In this document: positions 50,006 through 64,000 of the stretch, piece after piece
How the letters are laid out: each line of letters begins with the position of its first letter
Numbering within the stretch: the first letter of the stretch is position 1
Assembly: GCF_009914755.1 (NCBI RefSeq)
Contig: NC_060932.1
Reading direction: 5' to 3' (one strand)
Length of the DNA: 64,000 nt
Origin: the human T2T-CHM13v2.0 reference genome, Homo sapiens
The notes under the pieces: generated by a model
What the model was told of the DNA's origin: nothing
Seen by the model: the letters and a program-made list of their open reading frames with translations, nothing else
The model's database searches: none
Translations under genes and position numbers: made by a program

Positions 50006-50827
50006 TTTCAGAATAATAAACAAAATTAAACCAGAGCAACAAAGGTAAGGAAAGGCTGTCCAGAGGAAGCAATGGCTGGGTTGAGTTCTGAGGACGGAGT
50101 GAGGGCTGACGAGGTTAGTGGGAGCTCTGCCCTTCCCCACCCCCGAGTGTATCAGCTTACACAAATCACTGAACTGGCAACCCACCCTGAACTGCCTGGC
50201 CCAGGCCAGTGCTTACAGGCAGATGTTCCTCCCAAGGGATGGAGCTCATTCGGTAGCCCTCTGCACTGGGGCTAAAGAACGATGTATGGGAGTAGAAGCT
50301 TTCCACTACTATATCCTGTAATTGAATGTCCTTGATACATGAATGACACTTCAGGTTTCATGCTATTTTGTTTTCCAAGGGCTAAACCAGCCTCTCTAAA
50401 ACCCTAGTATTCATCCCAAGATTCATCGGAGGAGATTGTCATAGGCAGATTTCTAGGTCCTGTCCCTACACCCCATTCTGATCCAATAGGCTTGGTGTGA
50501 GGCCCGAACATAGATATTGTAAGTAAGGTACCTCCTCCAAGTGATTTTAAAGCCAACCTTTCAGAGACTACACATTTGTGAAATTCTGAAATGGATCTTT
50601 ATTGATTTTGTAAGCTTTAAACTTCTGACTTGGAGCACTGTTATTATTGTTATTAATTTGCCACTTGTTTGTAGGATTGGGAACTGAACATTCATTTCGG
50701 AATGGCCTCAGTATCTGAAGAAAATAAACAGTACAGGTAAAGACACATATTCGCATGATGCCTATATCTCAAACTACTTTACAGACAAAATTACCCTCTA
50801 CAACTTTCTGGGAAACAAAGAAGCATA

Positions 50828-51155
50828 CAGCTGCCTATCAGTATCCATGTGCGACACCATTCCAGGAACCCCTGCAGATACCAAAATTTGAGGATGCTCA
50901 AGTGCCTGATATCAAGTGGCATAGTATTTGCATATAATCTACACACATCCTCCTCTATACTTTAAGTCATCCCTAGATTATTCATAATACATAATACAAC
51001 ACAAATGCCATGTATATAGTTGTTGTGCTGTATTGTTTAGGGAATAATAATAAAAAAGTCTGTACATGTTCAGTACAGACACAATTTTTTTTCCAAACAG
51101 TTTCGATCTGTGGTTGGTTAAGTCCAGAAATGCCAAACCCACAGAGGGCTGACTC
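50828..51155. mobile_element. MER2 (TcMar-Tigger) relic
   Basis: CAGATACCAAAAT..GGATGCTCAAGT..GTATTTGCATATAA..GAGGGCTGACT. Confidence 0.8.
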
Positions 51156-51170
51156 TAATGCCCCATTCTA

Positions 51171-51557
<387 letters not shown>

Positions 51558-52801
51558 GCCAGGACTGTGACATGATCTGGCTCTCAACCTGCCTTTCTAT
51601 GTATCAGAGTTGGTTCAGCCCACCAGCTCTGCGGGGCCTTGATTCTCTAGGGGCAAGGCTGTCAAAGCCACTTGGTTCAAGCATGCACAGGATCTGTTTA
51701 CTAGCTTATTAGCCCAAGCTATTAAAATGTGTTCCTGGAAATCATTATTAAGTGAAAGTGGGCATATTTTGCACTCCATCACCCTGAAATCATTATATTC
51801 CATACCACCCTGCAATGATGATCACAGCTGACCCATGACCCTGCACAGTTCTAAGGGGGAAATCTTGCTCAGTCAGCGAAGGAAAATTATTCTGTGTGGT
51901 TACACCATGAGCTAAACTTGACAGAATCATATCTCTTTGAAAACTGGTAACAGGTATATAGTAATGATGTATTATTAAATAGCATGTTTGTTTTATAAAC
52001 CCAAGCATGCCAATCATGGCAAGCAGTGGTCCAGTTGCCCCTCTCTGCTACTGTATGACACTGTTCATTTCACTAGGGCTCTGGATGGGACTGGATATGG
52101 ATGTAATGAGCATCTGTGCAGACTTTGGAACAAAGAGCATTCTGTTACTAAGCAGGGGCTATGGCTTTGTTTTTGTTTGTTTGTTTGTTTTTGGGGTTTT
52201 TTTCTAGATCTTTTACCTTTGCAGAAAACCCATTGTCCAGATGTTTAATTTCTATGATTTTTAACACTTTCTAAAACATTCACTGGCTTGACCACTCAAT
52301 CCTTACCATCTCATTCACTGGTGTCTTATCTCCCTCGTGGGTCAATAAGCAACCTAGGAAGAGCCAGGATTAAATTCTAAGCCTCCTGACTCTTTCCACC
52401 ATAATGTTCCACGTGTAAAAATCACCCCACGCCTGAGGAACTTGCCACTTTTTAATAATTTTATGATACAAGATAGGACGATGGTCTGCAAAACATGTCC
52501 AATCATTCTTGAAGTCTGATTAACTGGTGTTTGAATCCCAGTTCTGTCAGCTGGGCTGCTTCCATCCACAAGTAACAGAAACAATAAATCAAATCCTTAA
52601 AAATAACGAGTATGTTTGCCTGTTCTCAGGACAAGAAATCCAGAGGTACGTTGGCTCTAGGTAGCTCATTAGTGCGGTGCCTCAATGATATCATCAATGG
52701 TCCAAGTTCTTTCCATCTTTCTATCCAACCCCAGGCATGCATCCAGACTCAACATCCAACAGAAGAAAAGACTAGTAACATCTTGAGCCTAGTTTTCTTT
52801 A

Positions 52802-53302
<501 letters not shown>

Positions 53303-53635
53303 TCTGATACAGCCACTTACCAGCTGAGTGAGTTGGATAGATACATTTACAATATTTCTAGGCCTTTTTCTTCATCTATAGCATGAAGATAATAACAGCA
53401 CCTAACTTAAAGGGTTTGGAGGAAGTTAAACACAATGATGCCTGCAAAATGATCCCTGACACTGAGCCTGCTACCTGGGGACTGCTCAGTAAAGTGGAGC
53501 AATCATTTTGATTATGACGATAAGCAGGAGAGCAAAGGGGGCCATAGCTTGGTGATGTAAGTTGAATTTACTGGGTCCTAAAGATGCACTTGGAGAGGGA
53601 GTCTCACTCGCCTACCAAAGTGAAAGTCTCTAAAC

Positions 53636-53777
53636 CAGGCACCCGGGTTCATGCACCTAGCTTACCAACAGCCTGGCTCACCCAGCAACTCGGGAGGCTG
53701 ACATGGGGGGATGGTTTGAGCCCAGGAGCTCAAGGCCAGCCTGAGCAACATAGCAAGACCCCAACAACAACAACAAC
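53636..53777 (+). mobile_element. FLAM/FAM-type Alu monomer with (CAA)n tail
   Basis: CTCGGGAGGCTGA..TTGAGCCCAGGAG..CAACATAGCAAGACCCC. Confidence 0.75.
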
Positions 53778-53869
53778 TCTGGTGGTGGGATAAGGCAGGT
53801 AAAGTGAGACCAGGGCTTTAGTTAAAGCCTTCAGTTACCCAGGGGAAGGTGAAGCCTGAGTTGTGGTGA

Positions 53870-54260
53870 TGAATCCGGGAGGCCTCTGCTGGGATCTTGT
53901 CAGGGCGCTAGAGCTGCCTTTGCTCCAAGGCGAGGCGCCGGCAGCAGGGCAGGGCAGGGCAGGGCAGGGCAGGGCCGGGCCCCTGGAGCACCGTATGTAG
54001 CAGTGTGCGAGCGGCGACGACAGCGGGAGCCGGGCGTGGCGCCCCCGCGTCCAGACCAGACCCTGGAGCAGTTCCACGCCAAACGATCCGGGCACCTGGG
54101 GAAGCGGGTACCGCGGCCAACTGGGAAGCCTCCCCTCCTCCCGCTGCTCTACCCGCCGTGCAGGAAGCAAAGCACGGATTTCTACAGGCTGCTTTCCCTT
54201 GAAAAGGCTGCGCGCAAAGCCTCCGCTGAGTCCCCCGACTTCGTGACCTGAATGGTAATC
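53870..54260. promoter_or_regulatory. Small CpG-rich island, candidate promoter/enhancer
   Basis: Only non-repeat CpG-dense, GC-rich stretch in the window; (CAGGG)6, TGCGCGCA, CAGGAAG. Confidence 0.65.
53945..53979 (+). repeat. (CAGGG)6CCGGG pentanucleotide repeat, G-quadruplex-capable
   Basis: Seven GGG runs separated by 2-nt loops. Confidence 0.9.
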
Positions 54261-54849
54261 TCGCTTAGAATGAATTCTAGTATTTGCTATTACTCTAACT
54301 GATTCCATGGTCAGCCTCGCATTCCACCAGTGAGACGCTTATGGGAAGGGTCAAATGGCTTTAGGGACTCACAGGCTGACTTGGTTATTCACAGAGAAGT
54401 AAATGTTTTGCTTACCCAGAAGATGACGATTCTAGGCTTGGGTGGTGCTGTGATCCCACTCCAGGAGGGCGCTCCACCGATTCTCTCTTCTGGCACCTCC
54501 AAAAAGTAGTTATTTCAGAGGCAAAGGGTGCGGGCTGCCTGGAACACACATTAACAAATCGTTTGAAGAAGGCATTAGTGCTAAAGATGTCGGTGCCACA
54601 AAACCAGGCCGGTGGCTAGTTTTATAAGGGCACAAGGGAGTCAAAAGTCCCAGGTTCAAATCCTGGGTCTCCACTTTGGCTAGAGTAAATTCCCCAGCTC
54701 ATTGGATGTGCAATCATTTTGTCTACAAAATGCCATTCCACACCCTACGCCAAGGGTGTAATAAAAAAATGACCAGCCATTAAGGAGCTGAGGCAAAAGA
54801 AACAACAAATCATCAAGACTGATACGTCGTCTTTATTTAAAATTTTGAG

Positions 54850-55003
54850 GGGGCTGGATGATGATACATTACTTAATAGGTACAATGTACGTTATTTGGG
54901 TGTTGCGTATCCTAAAAGCCTTGACTTGACCACTACACAATCTATGCGTGTAACAAAATTGCACTTCTACCCCATAACTTTGTACAAATAAAAATGAAAT
55001 AAA
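54850..55003 (+). mobile_element. Short L1 3' end (L1MA/PB) in a probable hAT relic
   Basis: GGTACAATGTACGTTATTTGGGTG..GACTTGACCACTACACAAT..GTAACAAAATTGCACTT. Confidence 0.8.
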
Positions 55004-55671
55004 ATGTTGGTCATTTTCTCATCATTAACTTTTTGCATTTATTTATTACCTTAAATATGGGATTGAATATTATTCATCTTGATTACTGAGTAAGAGTGTT
55101 TTGGGGGAGGCACCCCCTTAAATTTTGCACAAGATAAAATAATGTATGCAAACATGCCAGGAACTCTATAGACTTTCCATAACGTTTGCCAAAGGAATGC
55201 ATAGAGAATTGGGGGCTGAAGTTCGGGGCTGGGAGCCACATGAACACATCCTCTAGGCTGTTCGCGTATTGGACCCTTTGACACAAGCTCATTTCATACC
55301 CTGACGGCTTTGAGTTAAGTGTTCACTTCTCCATCTTTTTCCAAGGCTGCATAATTAAATGTAGAAAGATGATGTTCCCTGGTTCTCCGCAGGCTGCAGT
55401 TTGCAGGCACAGTAGCAAGGATGCTTCTGCTATGAGTCATTTGAATTCTTTCTCCTGCTGCCCCTTTCCCACACACCTGCATGTGGGACAGCAGGCAGAC
55501 TTGATGCACCAGCTGTGGGCAGTGGGCAGAGCGGCACAACATGTTTTCCTGGGTGAGCACCTTGGGGCAGCTGGGGAATCCCTGAGAGTCCTGGCCTTGG
55601 GGGCACCAAGGTTGGAGGGGTTCAGAGAAGCTCATTGCAGACCCATGCTGGCACCTTAGTAATCCAGATAC

Positions 55672-55977
55672 TTTTTTTTTTTTTTTTTTTTTTGAGACAG
55701 GGTCTCAGTCTGTCGCCCAGGCTGGAGTGCAGTAGTGCAATCTCAGCTCACTGCAACCTCTACCTCCCAAGTTCAAGTGATTCTCCTGCCTCAGACTCCT
55801 GAGTAGCTGGGACTACAGGCATGCGCCACCACACCCAGCTAATTTTTTTGTATTTTTTGTAGAGACGGGGTTTCTCCACGTTGGTCAGGCTGGTCTTGAA
55901 CTCCTGACCTCAAGTGATCTGCCCGCCTTGGCCTCTCAAACTGCTGAGATTACAGGCATGAGCCACCACACCCAGCC
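55672..55977 (-). mobile_element. AluS
   Basis: TSD AGATACTTTT. Confidence 0.92.
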
Positions 55978-57885
55978 CTGTGATTTAGATACTTTTGAAG
56001 CTTGGTCACCATCTTTCAGGGTAGGGAGAGAAAGTGGAATGACAGAGGAGAGGAAAAACTGATTAGCAGTGTAAAATAGACACTGAAATTCTTTACTGTT
56101 GGTTTCCTTTTTGGAAAATGAAATGCTGTTCGGAAGGTTTCATTTTTAAAAAAAATGACTCTAATCTTATGTTTAACCTAGAAAAAAGTATTTAGAGCTT
56201 AGCAGTTTAAAAAAATAACTCCTTGATATGTAACGTTTTATAAATGAGCTGTCTGTTGAACAGAATTGGTCTTGGAGTACGATGACATAAAGTAGAATGG
56301 ATGGCGTGTTTGCTTGTTTCTGAGAGCTTAATTGAATTCGACTACTGAGTTGGTAAGGACCTACTTAAAACAGCTCCCACTTCAACTCCTCAACTCATCT
56401 CTTCCTTCTATTCTTGTCCCTTTATTCTCTACTCTTCCCCTCTAGGAAAAAGGAACAAATCAATCACTGAGTCCTTGCTATGTGCCAAGTCCTCTGTTAG
56501 GGTTTCCCATGTGTTACCTAATTCTGTGCTCAAAGGGTGCTGTGAAGTAGACAATCTCATGGTCATTTGAAGGATGAAGGCACAGCCCACTTCACCCAGA
56601 ATCTAATGGCTGCACCGGGCTTAGCCAGGCCTTCTGGTCTTTCTCCAGCCCAGCCCCTCACCCCAACCACCATTTCAAATGCTGGCTTCAATTCTGCCAT
56701 AGTCAATAATTAGATTAGTAGATAATAGGCATCCTACAAAATGTTGTGACACCCAAATACTTCTTATGTTATTAATCTCCATCCATTTTGTTTGAAAGGT
56801 AAGAGGTTTCATATTTTGTATGAAAGGTAACATTAATTCCCTGTGCTCCAAATGAGAGAACAGAAGTGTCTTGAGATGAGCACTGTCTGTAATCATTAAC
56901 TGGATGAACACAGGTCCCAATCCTGACAAGAACCCTGTTCCTCATCCAGCAGACCCCGCTGCACAGAGGGCTCCCCCTTTCTTTGGGGCTGCTTCTCCTG
57001 AACAAAATGAAATGCTCTGCGTCCATGGCAAGCAGAGAATATCAAAGGACCAAGTACACAATATTCAGTGATCAATTTCAGGGACAGCAACCATCTCTTT
57101 GCAGTTCAGAGGGCAGATTTAACAGGAGCTCTGTGCACGTGTTGGGAAAGGCACAGAGAGAGGGAGGGAGAGGTGTGAGAAGGGAACAGAACATTTGAGA
57201 AAAAGAGCATGAGCGTGTAGGTGGAAGAATGACACCATTTCTTCTTTCGTTTTGGCCTGGGATGAAAAACACAGCGTCATCACTTCTGTTTCCCTCAGTG
57301 TAAGATGTGAAGACATTAATGACAGTTCCTGCGTAGGGTGGGAGAAACACAGAAGGGAAAAACAGCTATGCACCTTCTCCAGAATGGAAGATGTGAGAGA
57401 CCCTGCAATTTGCCTGCCTTAAACATCCATCTGTCCCTTCCTTCTTTGTATCAGAACCCCAATTTTTAGCTGAGCAAGTTCCTGCCTAGCTGAAACACTT
57501 CCTTTCCCAGCCTTCCTTGTATAAGGTGTGGACATATGTTCAATTTCTCACCAAAGAGATGTCAGCAGGAAGATATGGGACTTAGAAAAGTCTATTTAAA
57601 AGGGAAGGGAAGCTCATCTCATCTCCCCATTCCTCTATTTGCTGTCTTGAACACAGATGTGATGGCTGGAGCACTAGCAGTCACCATGGGCCATGAGGCC
57701 ATCCTAGAGGTAAAGTTGGGAGGACTCTCTAATGGCTTTGTGAAACTGTCACACCAACCCTAGAATGCCTAACTTTAATCTTTTACATGACAAATAGAAT
57801 TTTCTCTTACCTAGGAAACATAGGGGGTTGAGGGGAGAAATGTTTCCACTACATGCAGATGAATGTAATGCTAAATGATAGGGAA

Positions 57886-58349
<464 letters not shown>

Positions 58350-59305
58350 TAACTGTATTGATGCCAGAGTAACTGTATTGACTGACTAAATATTTCCTAT
58401 GCATTATTCATGTGCCAGGCACAGGAAGGACTCTGCCCAGAGAAGTCCCTCCCCTCTTGTTTCACAATAACTTAATAAACTAAGTCAAGGCATCAACAGC
58501 TTTTCAGAAGGCACCCAGTGCCTCCCTGGCACTGCAAGAGAGAACTGAATTCTAGAGACAACCGATTATTAATTCAAGAGACAACTGATCATAGTTGTCA
58601 CTGACCCTGGTGAGAGGATTAAGTGATATTAATACACCCCAAGATGTCATGTACTTTCCTCTTTTAAACTTAATGCTAACCTGGCAATAGATATCATTGT
58701 CCTCAATTTATGCATGTATGAACTGGAACACAGAGAGATTGACCCACTTGCACTTAGAAAGCCAGCCAGTGAATCTCTAGGATACAGTAGATATTTGCTA
58801 AATATATGTTGAATAAATGAATAAAAAACTGCGGTGTTTCCACTGCCTTGCAGAGCATAAATGTAAAAGACTAAAACATATGTTAAAAAAAAAAAAAAAA
58901 AAAAAAAAAGCTGACACATGGAACATTCCTCTTCCCAAATATCTTTGGAATGAATGAATGAGAATGGCTGTAGGTGTTGCCCTGGAAGGATGAGGATGGT
59001 TTATCTGCTCTGGACTTCATGCAAACAGCTTTATCAATCAACCCACTAACCAATCTTCTAGATCCTACCACACTGCTCAGGTTCTTCCTGTGATCCATGA
59101 ACTGCAGCCTAGCCATGGTACCAGGGAGAAAGAATAAGACACACTCCTGCCCTCAAGTGTTTGCCAGCAAGAACAGAGGCTCCACTGTGGATACTCTGGG
59201 TTTTAGATATGACTCCACTACCAGGTATGTGACCTTAAGTAAGTCACTCAATCACTCAGCCTCAAATGCTTTATCTGTAAGTTAGGGTTTTATGCAACAA
59301 ATAGA

Positions 59306-59487
59306 AGCCAGCACAGTGGCAAGTGCCTATAGCCCCAGCTATTCAGGAGGCCAAGGCAGGAGGATCGCTTGAGCCCAAGAGCTTGAGGCTGCAGTGAGCT
59401 ATGATTGTGCTGCTTGCTGCACTCCAGCCTCTGCAACAGAGTGCAACCTTGTCTCTTAAAAATAACAATAAATAAGAATAAATAAAT
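59306..59487 (+). mobile_element. FRAM/FAM-type Alu monomer
   Basis: Single right-arm-like monomer with A-rich tail. Confidence 0.8.
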
Positions 59488-59598
59488 AGAGACTACGCAT
59501 TATGCTAGCCATGGAGGATGCAGAGAGAAAAGACATAATACTTGTCCTTAAGGATCTGAGTCCAGTGAGGTAATCTACAGATGAACAAGATATAATGA

Positions 59599-60099
<501 letters not shown>

Positions 60100-60885
60100 T
60101 AAGGCTGTTGTTGGCTCTTAGTGGTGGCCCCAGCATGATCCCGCTTCCTGCCCACCCTCCTCCCGCCCCATCTCCAGCACTTCCTAGGCGGTGAGTGCTC
60201 AGGAACGGAGGCCAGATCCCTGTCAGAGCCAGTGTCCCCTCCCCTGCTCCCATTCCTGTAAACCCTCATGAGTCCTCCCAAAGCATAGTCAGTCCTCCCT
60301 CCCCAGAGGCCTAATTTTACTTCTTTTTTCAAATGATAGGTTTCCAAGGCCTACAGCAACAGACATTAGGACAAAATCCAAGACTTCAGTAATACAAAAT
60401 GGAGAATCCAGATTTTAAAGACAGATGGTCTTCCTTCCCAACAAGGGAAAGAAAATGATTTTACTTGGATTGGCACAGTACCAGTCAAGACGCGCCACGG
60501 TAGGTAACATTCCAGCTAAACTCTGAGGATGACGAGCTATCCTCAGACAATAATTGATATTTTGAGCATTTCCAGCACTACGTGCCAGGCAGGCACTGCA
60601 CTAAACGCTTTACAGCTCAGCTCGTTAATCCCCCTCAGACAATGCCACAATAGAATCTAGAATCCACTGCATTTTACAGATGAAAAAAATAGATACGGAG
60701 AGTGATGTGACTTTCCCTAGGTTCAGTTGATTTGAATCCAGCCCATTGGCCTCCAGGGCCCACACTTCTAAACACTCTTCTCTGAGCCTTTTATTCCTGG
60801 CTTTGAGGATCACACCAGATGTTCTTTCCTTGGCTTACAATGCCCCTTAGTCTAAGCAGCTCCTACTGACTCCTGGGTTTTCACT

Positions 60886-61294
60886 TGTATTAGTCTGCTG
60901 GGGCTGCCAGTGCAAAATGCCACAGACTACAGGCCTTAAACACCAGAAATGTATTTTCTCATAATTCTGGAGTCTGGAAGTCCAAGATCCAGGTGTCAGC
61001 AGAGTTGGTTTCTCCTGAGCCTCTCTCCTTGGCTTGTTGACAGCTGTTTTCCCCTGTGTCCTCACATGGTCATCCTTCTGTGCGTGTGCCTTCCTGGTGG
61101 CTCTCTTGTGTGGCCAAATTTCTTGTTCTTCTAAGGACAGCAGTCAGATTCCATTAGGGCCCACCTAATGGCCTCTTTTTACCTTTGTCACCTTTGTAAA
61201 GCCTCATCTTCAAGTACAGTCACATTCCGAGATACTGGGGATTAGGATTTCAACACATATTTTGGGAGGGAGGACATAATTCTGCCCAAAACAC
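60886..61294 (-). mobile_element. MLT1B-like LTR
   Basis: TGTATTAGTCTGCTGGGGCTGCC..CTGGAAGTCCAAGATC..ATTAGGGCCCACC. Confidence 0.85.
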
Positions 61295-61344
61295 AGGTTA
61301 AATCTCATTTCTCAAGATAAACATGATCTCCTGGATGAGGTTAG

Positions 61345-61647
61345 GTTTGTTTTTTTTTTTCTTAGAGTCAATGTCTCTCTCTGTTGCCCAGGCTGGAGTA
61401 CAGTGATGAGATCATAGCTCACTGCAGCCTCGAACTCCTGGGCTCAAACTATTCTCCTACCTCAGCCTCCCAAGTAGCCGACATTACCGGTGTGCACCAC
61501 CACACCCAGCTAATTTTTAAATTTTTTTTACAGGTGGGGTCTCACTATGTTGCCCAGGCTGGCTGCAAAGTCCTGAGCTCAAATGATCCTCCTGCCCTGG
61601 CATCCCAAAGTGCTGGGATTACTGGCACGAGCCATCACACCCAGCTG
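61345..61647 (-). mobile_element. AluJ
   Basis: Reverse Alu. Confidence 0.9.
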
Positions 61648-61848
61648 GTTCCTCCTATTAAATGCTTCCATAGTGCCCCATACATGTTCCTCTAGCATTT
61701 AGAACTACTATAATTAGTATTTAAATGACTATTTGTTTGATATCATCTCACCTGAAAGACGTAACTGCCATGAGGGGAGTGATCATGGCTGTCTTGTCCT
61801 CTTAATGTCCCCTGTTTCCCAGCACAGTGCTTGACATCTGATGGGCAC

Positions 61849-62985
61849 TGTCTTAGCTCAGACTGCTATAGCAAAAATGCCATAGACGGGGTGGTTTTAA
61901 CAAAAAACGTTTATCTCTCACGGTTCTGGAGGCTGGGAAGTCCAAAATCTAGATGCAGGCAGATTCAGCATCTACTGAGGGCCTGCTTCTTGGTTTTCAG
62001 AATGCTGGTTTCTTGCTGGTGTGCTCGTGGTAGAGAGCAGAGAGAAAGAAAGCAAGCTCTCATATGTCTCTCTTCCTCCTTCTCCTCCTCTCATATGTCC
62101 CTTGTCCTCCTCCTCTTCCTCCTCCTCCCCCTCCTCCCCCTCCTCCCCCTCCTCCTCCTTCTTCCTCCTCCTCCTCTCATATGTCCCTCGTCCTCCTCCT
62201 CCTCCTCTTCCTCCTCCTCCCCCTCCTCCTCCCCCTCCTCCTCCTCCTTCTTTTTCTTCTTCTTCCCTTCTTCTTCTTCTTCCTCCTCCTCCTCCTTTTC
62301 CTCTTACTCTTCTTCTTCTTCTTCTTTTTAGAGACAGGGTCTCACCCTGTCACCCAGACTGGAGTGCAGTGCAATGATCATAGCTGACTACAGCCTCAAA
62401 CTCCTGGGCTCCAGAGATCCTCCCAACTCAGCCTCTCAAGTTGCAGGGACTATAGTCATGCACCACCACTCTGGGCTAATTTTTTTAATTTCTTATAGAG
62501 ACAGAAACCTCACTATGTTTCCCAGGCTGGTCATGAACTTCTGGGTTTAATCAATCCTCTTGCCTCAGTCCCCGAAAGTGCTGGGATTATAGGCGCAAGC
62601 CACTGCACCCAGCCTTGTGACTCTCCTTTTTTATTAATGTTTAGGTTTGGGGGTTCATGTGAAGGTTTGTTACATAGGTTAACTCATGTCATGGGGTTTG
62701 TTGTACAGATTATTTCGCCACCCAGTTATTAAGCCTAGTATCCTGTAGTTATCTTTTCTGTTCTTCTCCCTCCTCCCTCCACCCTCGAGTAGACCTCAGT
62801 GTCTGTTGTTTCTTTCTTTGTGTTCATAAGTTCTCATCGTTTAGCTCCAAGTGTCTCTTCCTCTATGGGTGCTAATATCATGAGGGCTCCACCCTGATGA
62901 CATAATCACCCCAAAGTCCCCCCTTCTAATACCATCACATGGAGGATTCAACATAGGAATTTGGGAGGGGCACTGTCAGCCTAGA
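61849..62985 (-). mobile_element. MLT1A/MST-type LTR split by a CT-rich tract, an AluJ (62326-62614) and an L1P 3' fragment (62627-62850)
   Basis: TGTCTTAG..GCTATAGCAAAA..GGAGGCTGGGAAGTCCAA; resumes CATGAGGGCTCCACCCT..AATACCATCACAT. Confidence 0.75.
62066..62328. repeat. (CCT)n/(CTT)n polypyrimidine low-complexity tract
   Basis: Directly visible. Confidence 0.95.
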
Positions 62986-63078
62986 CCAGTTATGCAATTT
63001 TTAAATAGAGTGTGGAATAAGGTAAAAAAATTTTTTTCAGTTGCAAAGCATCACGGAACCACTAGTTATTATTAGGAT

Positions 63079-63400
63079 TTTTTTTCTTTTTCTTTCTTTC
63101 TTTCTTTTTTTGAGACCAAGGCTTGCTCTGTCACCCGGGCTGGAGTGCAGTGGCACCATCTTGGCTCACTGCAACCTCCACCTCCCAATTCAAGCAATTC
63201 TCCTGCCTCAGCCTCCTGAGCAGCTGGGACTACAGGCGCGCACCACCACACCTGGCTAATTTTTGTACCCAGCTAATTTTAGTAGAGATGGAGTTTCACC
63301 ATGTTGGCCAGGCTGGTCTCAAACTCCTGACCTCAGGTGATCCGCCTGCCTTGGCCTCCCAAAATATTGAGATTACAGGTGTGAGCCACCATGTCTGGCC
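63079..63400 (-). mobile_element. AluS
   Basis: Reverse Alu with a small linker duplication (GCTAATTTT twice). Confidence 0.9.
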
Positions 63401-63776
63401 AGGGTCTTTTTTAAAATGAAAGAATATTACCACTGGAGTCATCCTAGGGATTATTTCATTTTCTCACAATAATGAGGAGATTGTTGCCAGCAAAGAAACC
63501 TTAAGAAAATTGACACTCTGCCACACAGCACTTTGTTTTTCAGGTTGGGTAGTAACCAGATAAAAGTATAAGCTTTTATTTTCTTTTAAAGCAGTGCCAG
63601 AATCAGCTCATACCAGCTCATGAGAGCCTATTTTTAAATCTTCAGTTATTTTTTTAAGTCAGCTGTTAAACATAGACATTACTCAAACTTAAACACTATA
63701 AATGTATAATTAAATACATATTAAGAAACAAAGGAAATACTTAAAGTTGATTGCTTCTTAATTATTTTACCACGTT

Positions 63777-64000
63777 TGTTATGGGCTGAGTCGTGTCCCC
63801 CTCCCCTAAATTCCTGTGCTGAAGCCCTGACGCCTAGTACCTCAGAATGTGACTGTATTTGCAGAGGGGTCTGTAAAGAGTTGATGAAGGTAAAGTGAGG
63901 TTATTAGGGTGGGCCCTAATCCAATAGGATAGTATCTTCATAAGCAGAGGGAATTTGGTCACACAGAGAGACCCCCAGAGGTCCACGTGCACAGAGGGAC
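63777..64000 (+). mobile_element. MLT1B/C-like LTR, truncated by the window end
   Basis: TGTTATGGGCTGA..CCTCAGAATGTGACTGTATTTG..GGGTGGGCCCTAATCCAAT. Confidence 0.85.

Noticed and set aside
53835-54308. 157-aa ORF over the CpG island
   Set aside because: GC-rich DNA is stop-poor; the PALPC repeat comes from (CAGGG)n; no recognisable domain.
54030-54480. CTCF sites at ~54036-54055 and ~54459-54475
   Set aside because: Only the GGGCGC half matches; key core positions mismatch.
61831-62387. Poly-Ser/Pro/Leu ORFs
   Set aside because: Translations of the (CCT)n/(CTT)n tract.

Overview
Primate (human-like) non-coding DNA, dominated by interspersed repeats: about 35 Alu/FLAM copies, many MaLR/ERVL/ERV1 LTRs, old L1/L2/MIR pieces and Tigger/hAT relics. 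No protein-coding gene is supported; the long ORFs are Alu-, L1-, LTR- or microsatellite-derived. I cannot name the locus. Recognisable features other than TEs are a full-length 5S rRNA retrocopy (516-635), a small CpG-rich promoter-like island (~53870-54260) and a 79-bp triplicated repeat (37547-37784). The strongest unexplained structure is an ~11-kb inversion (10488-21530). It is inferred from swapped LTR target-site duplications and from two host elements (an L1M and a MER47) that are split and flipped across the breakpoints. Two more rearrangement scars lie within 3 kb of its left end: a fused inverted-Alu junction and a templated composite insertion. I see no evidence for a new functional biological system; the findings are mainly genome-rearrangement history plus candidate regulatory sites. 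Repeat subfamily names come from my recollection of consensus sequences, and boundaries are approximate unless a TSD is quoted.
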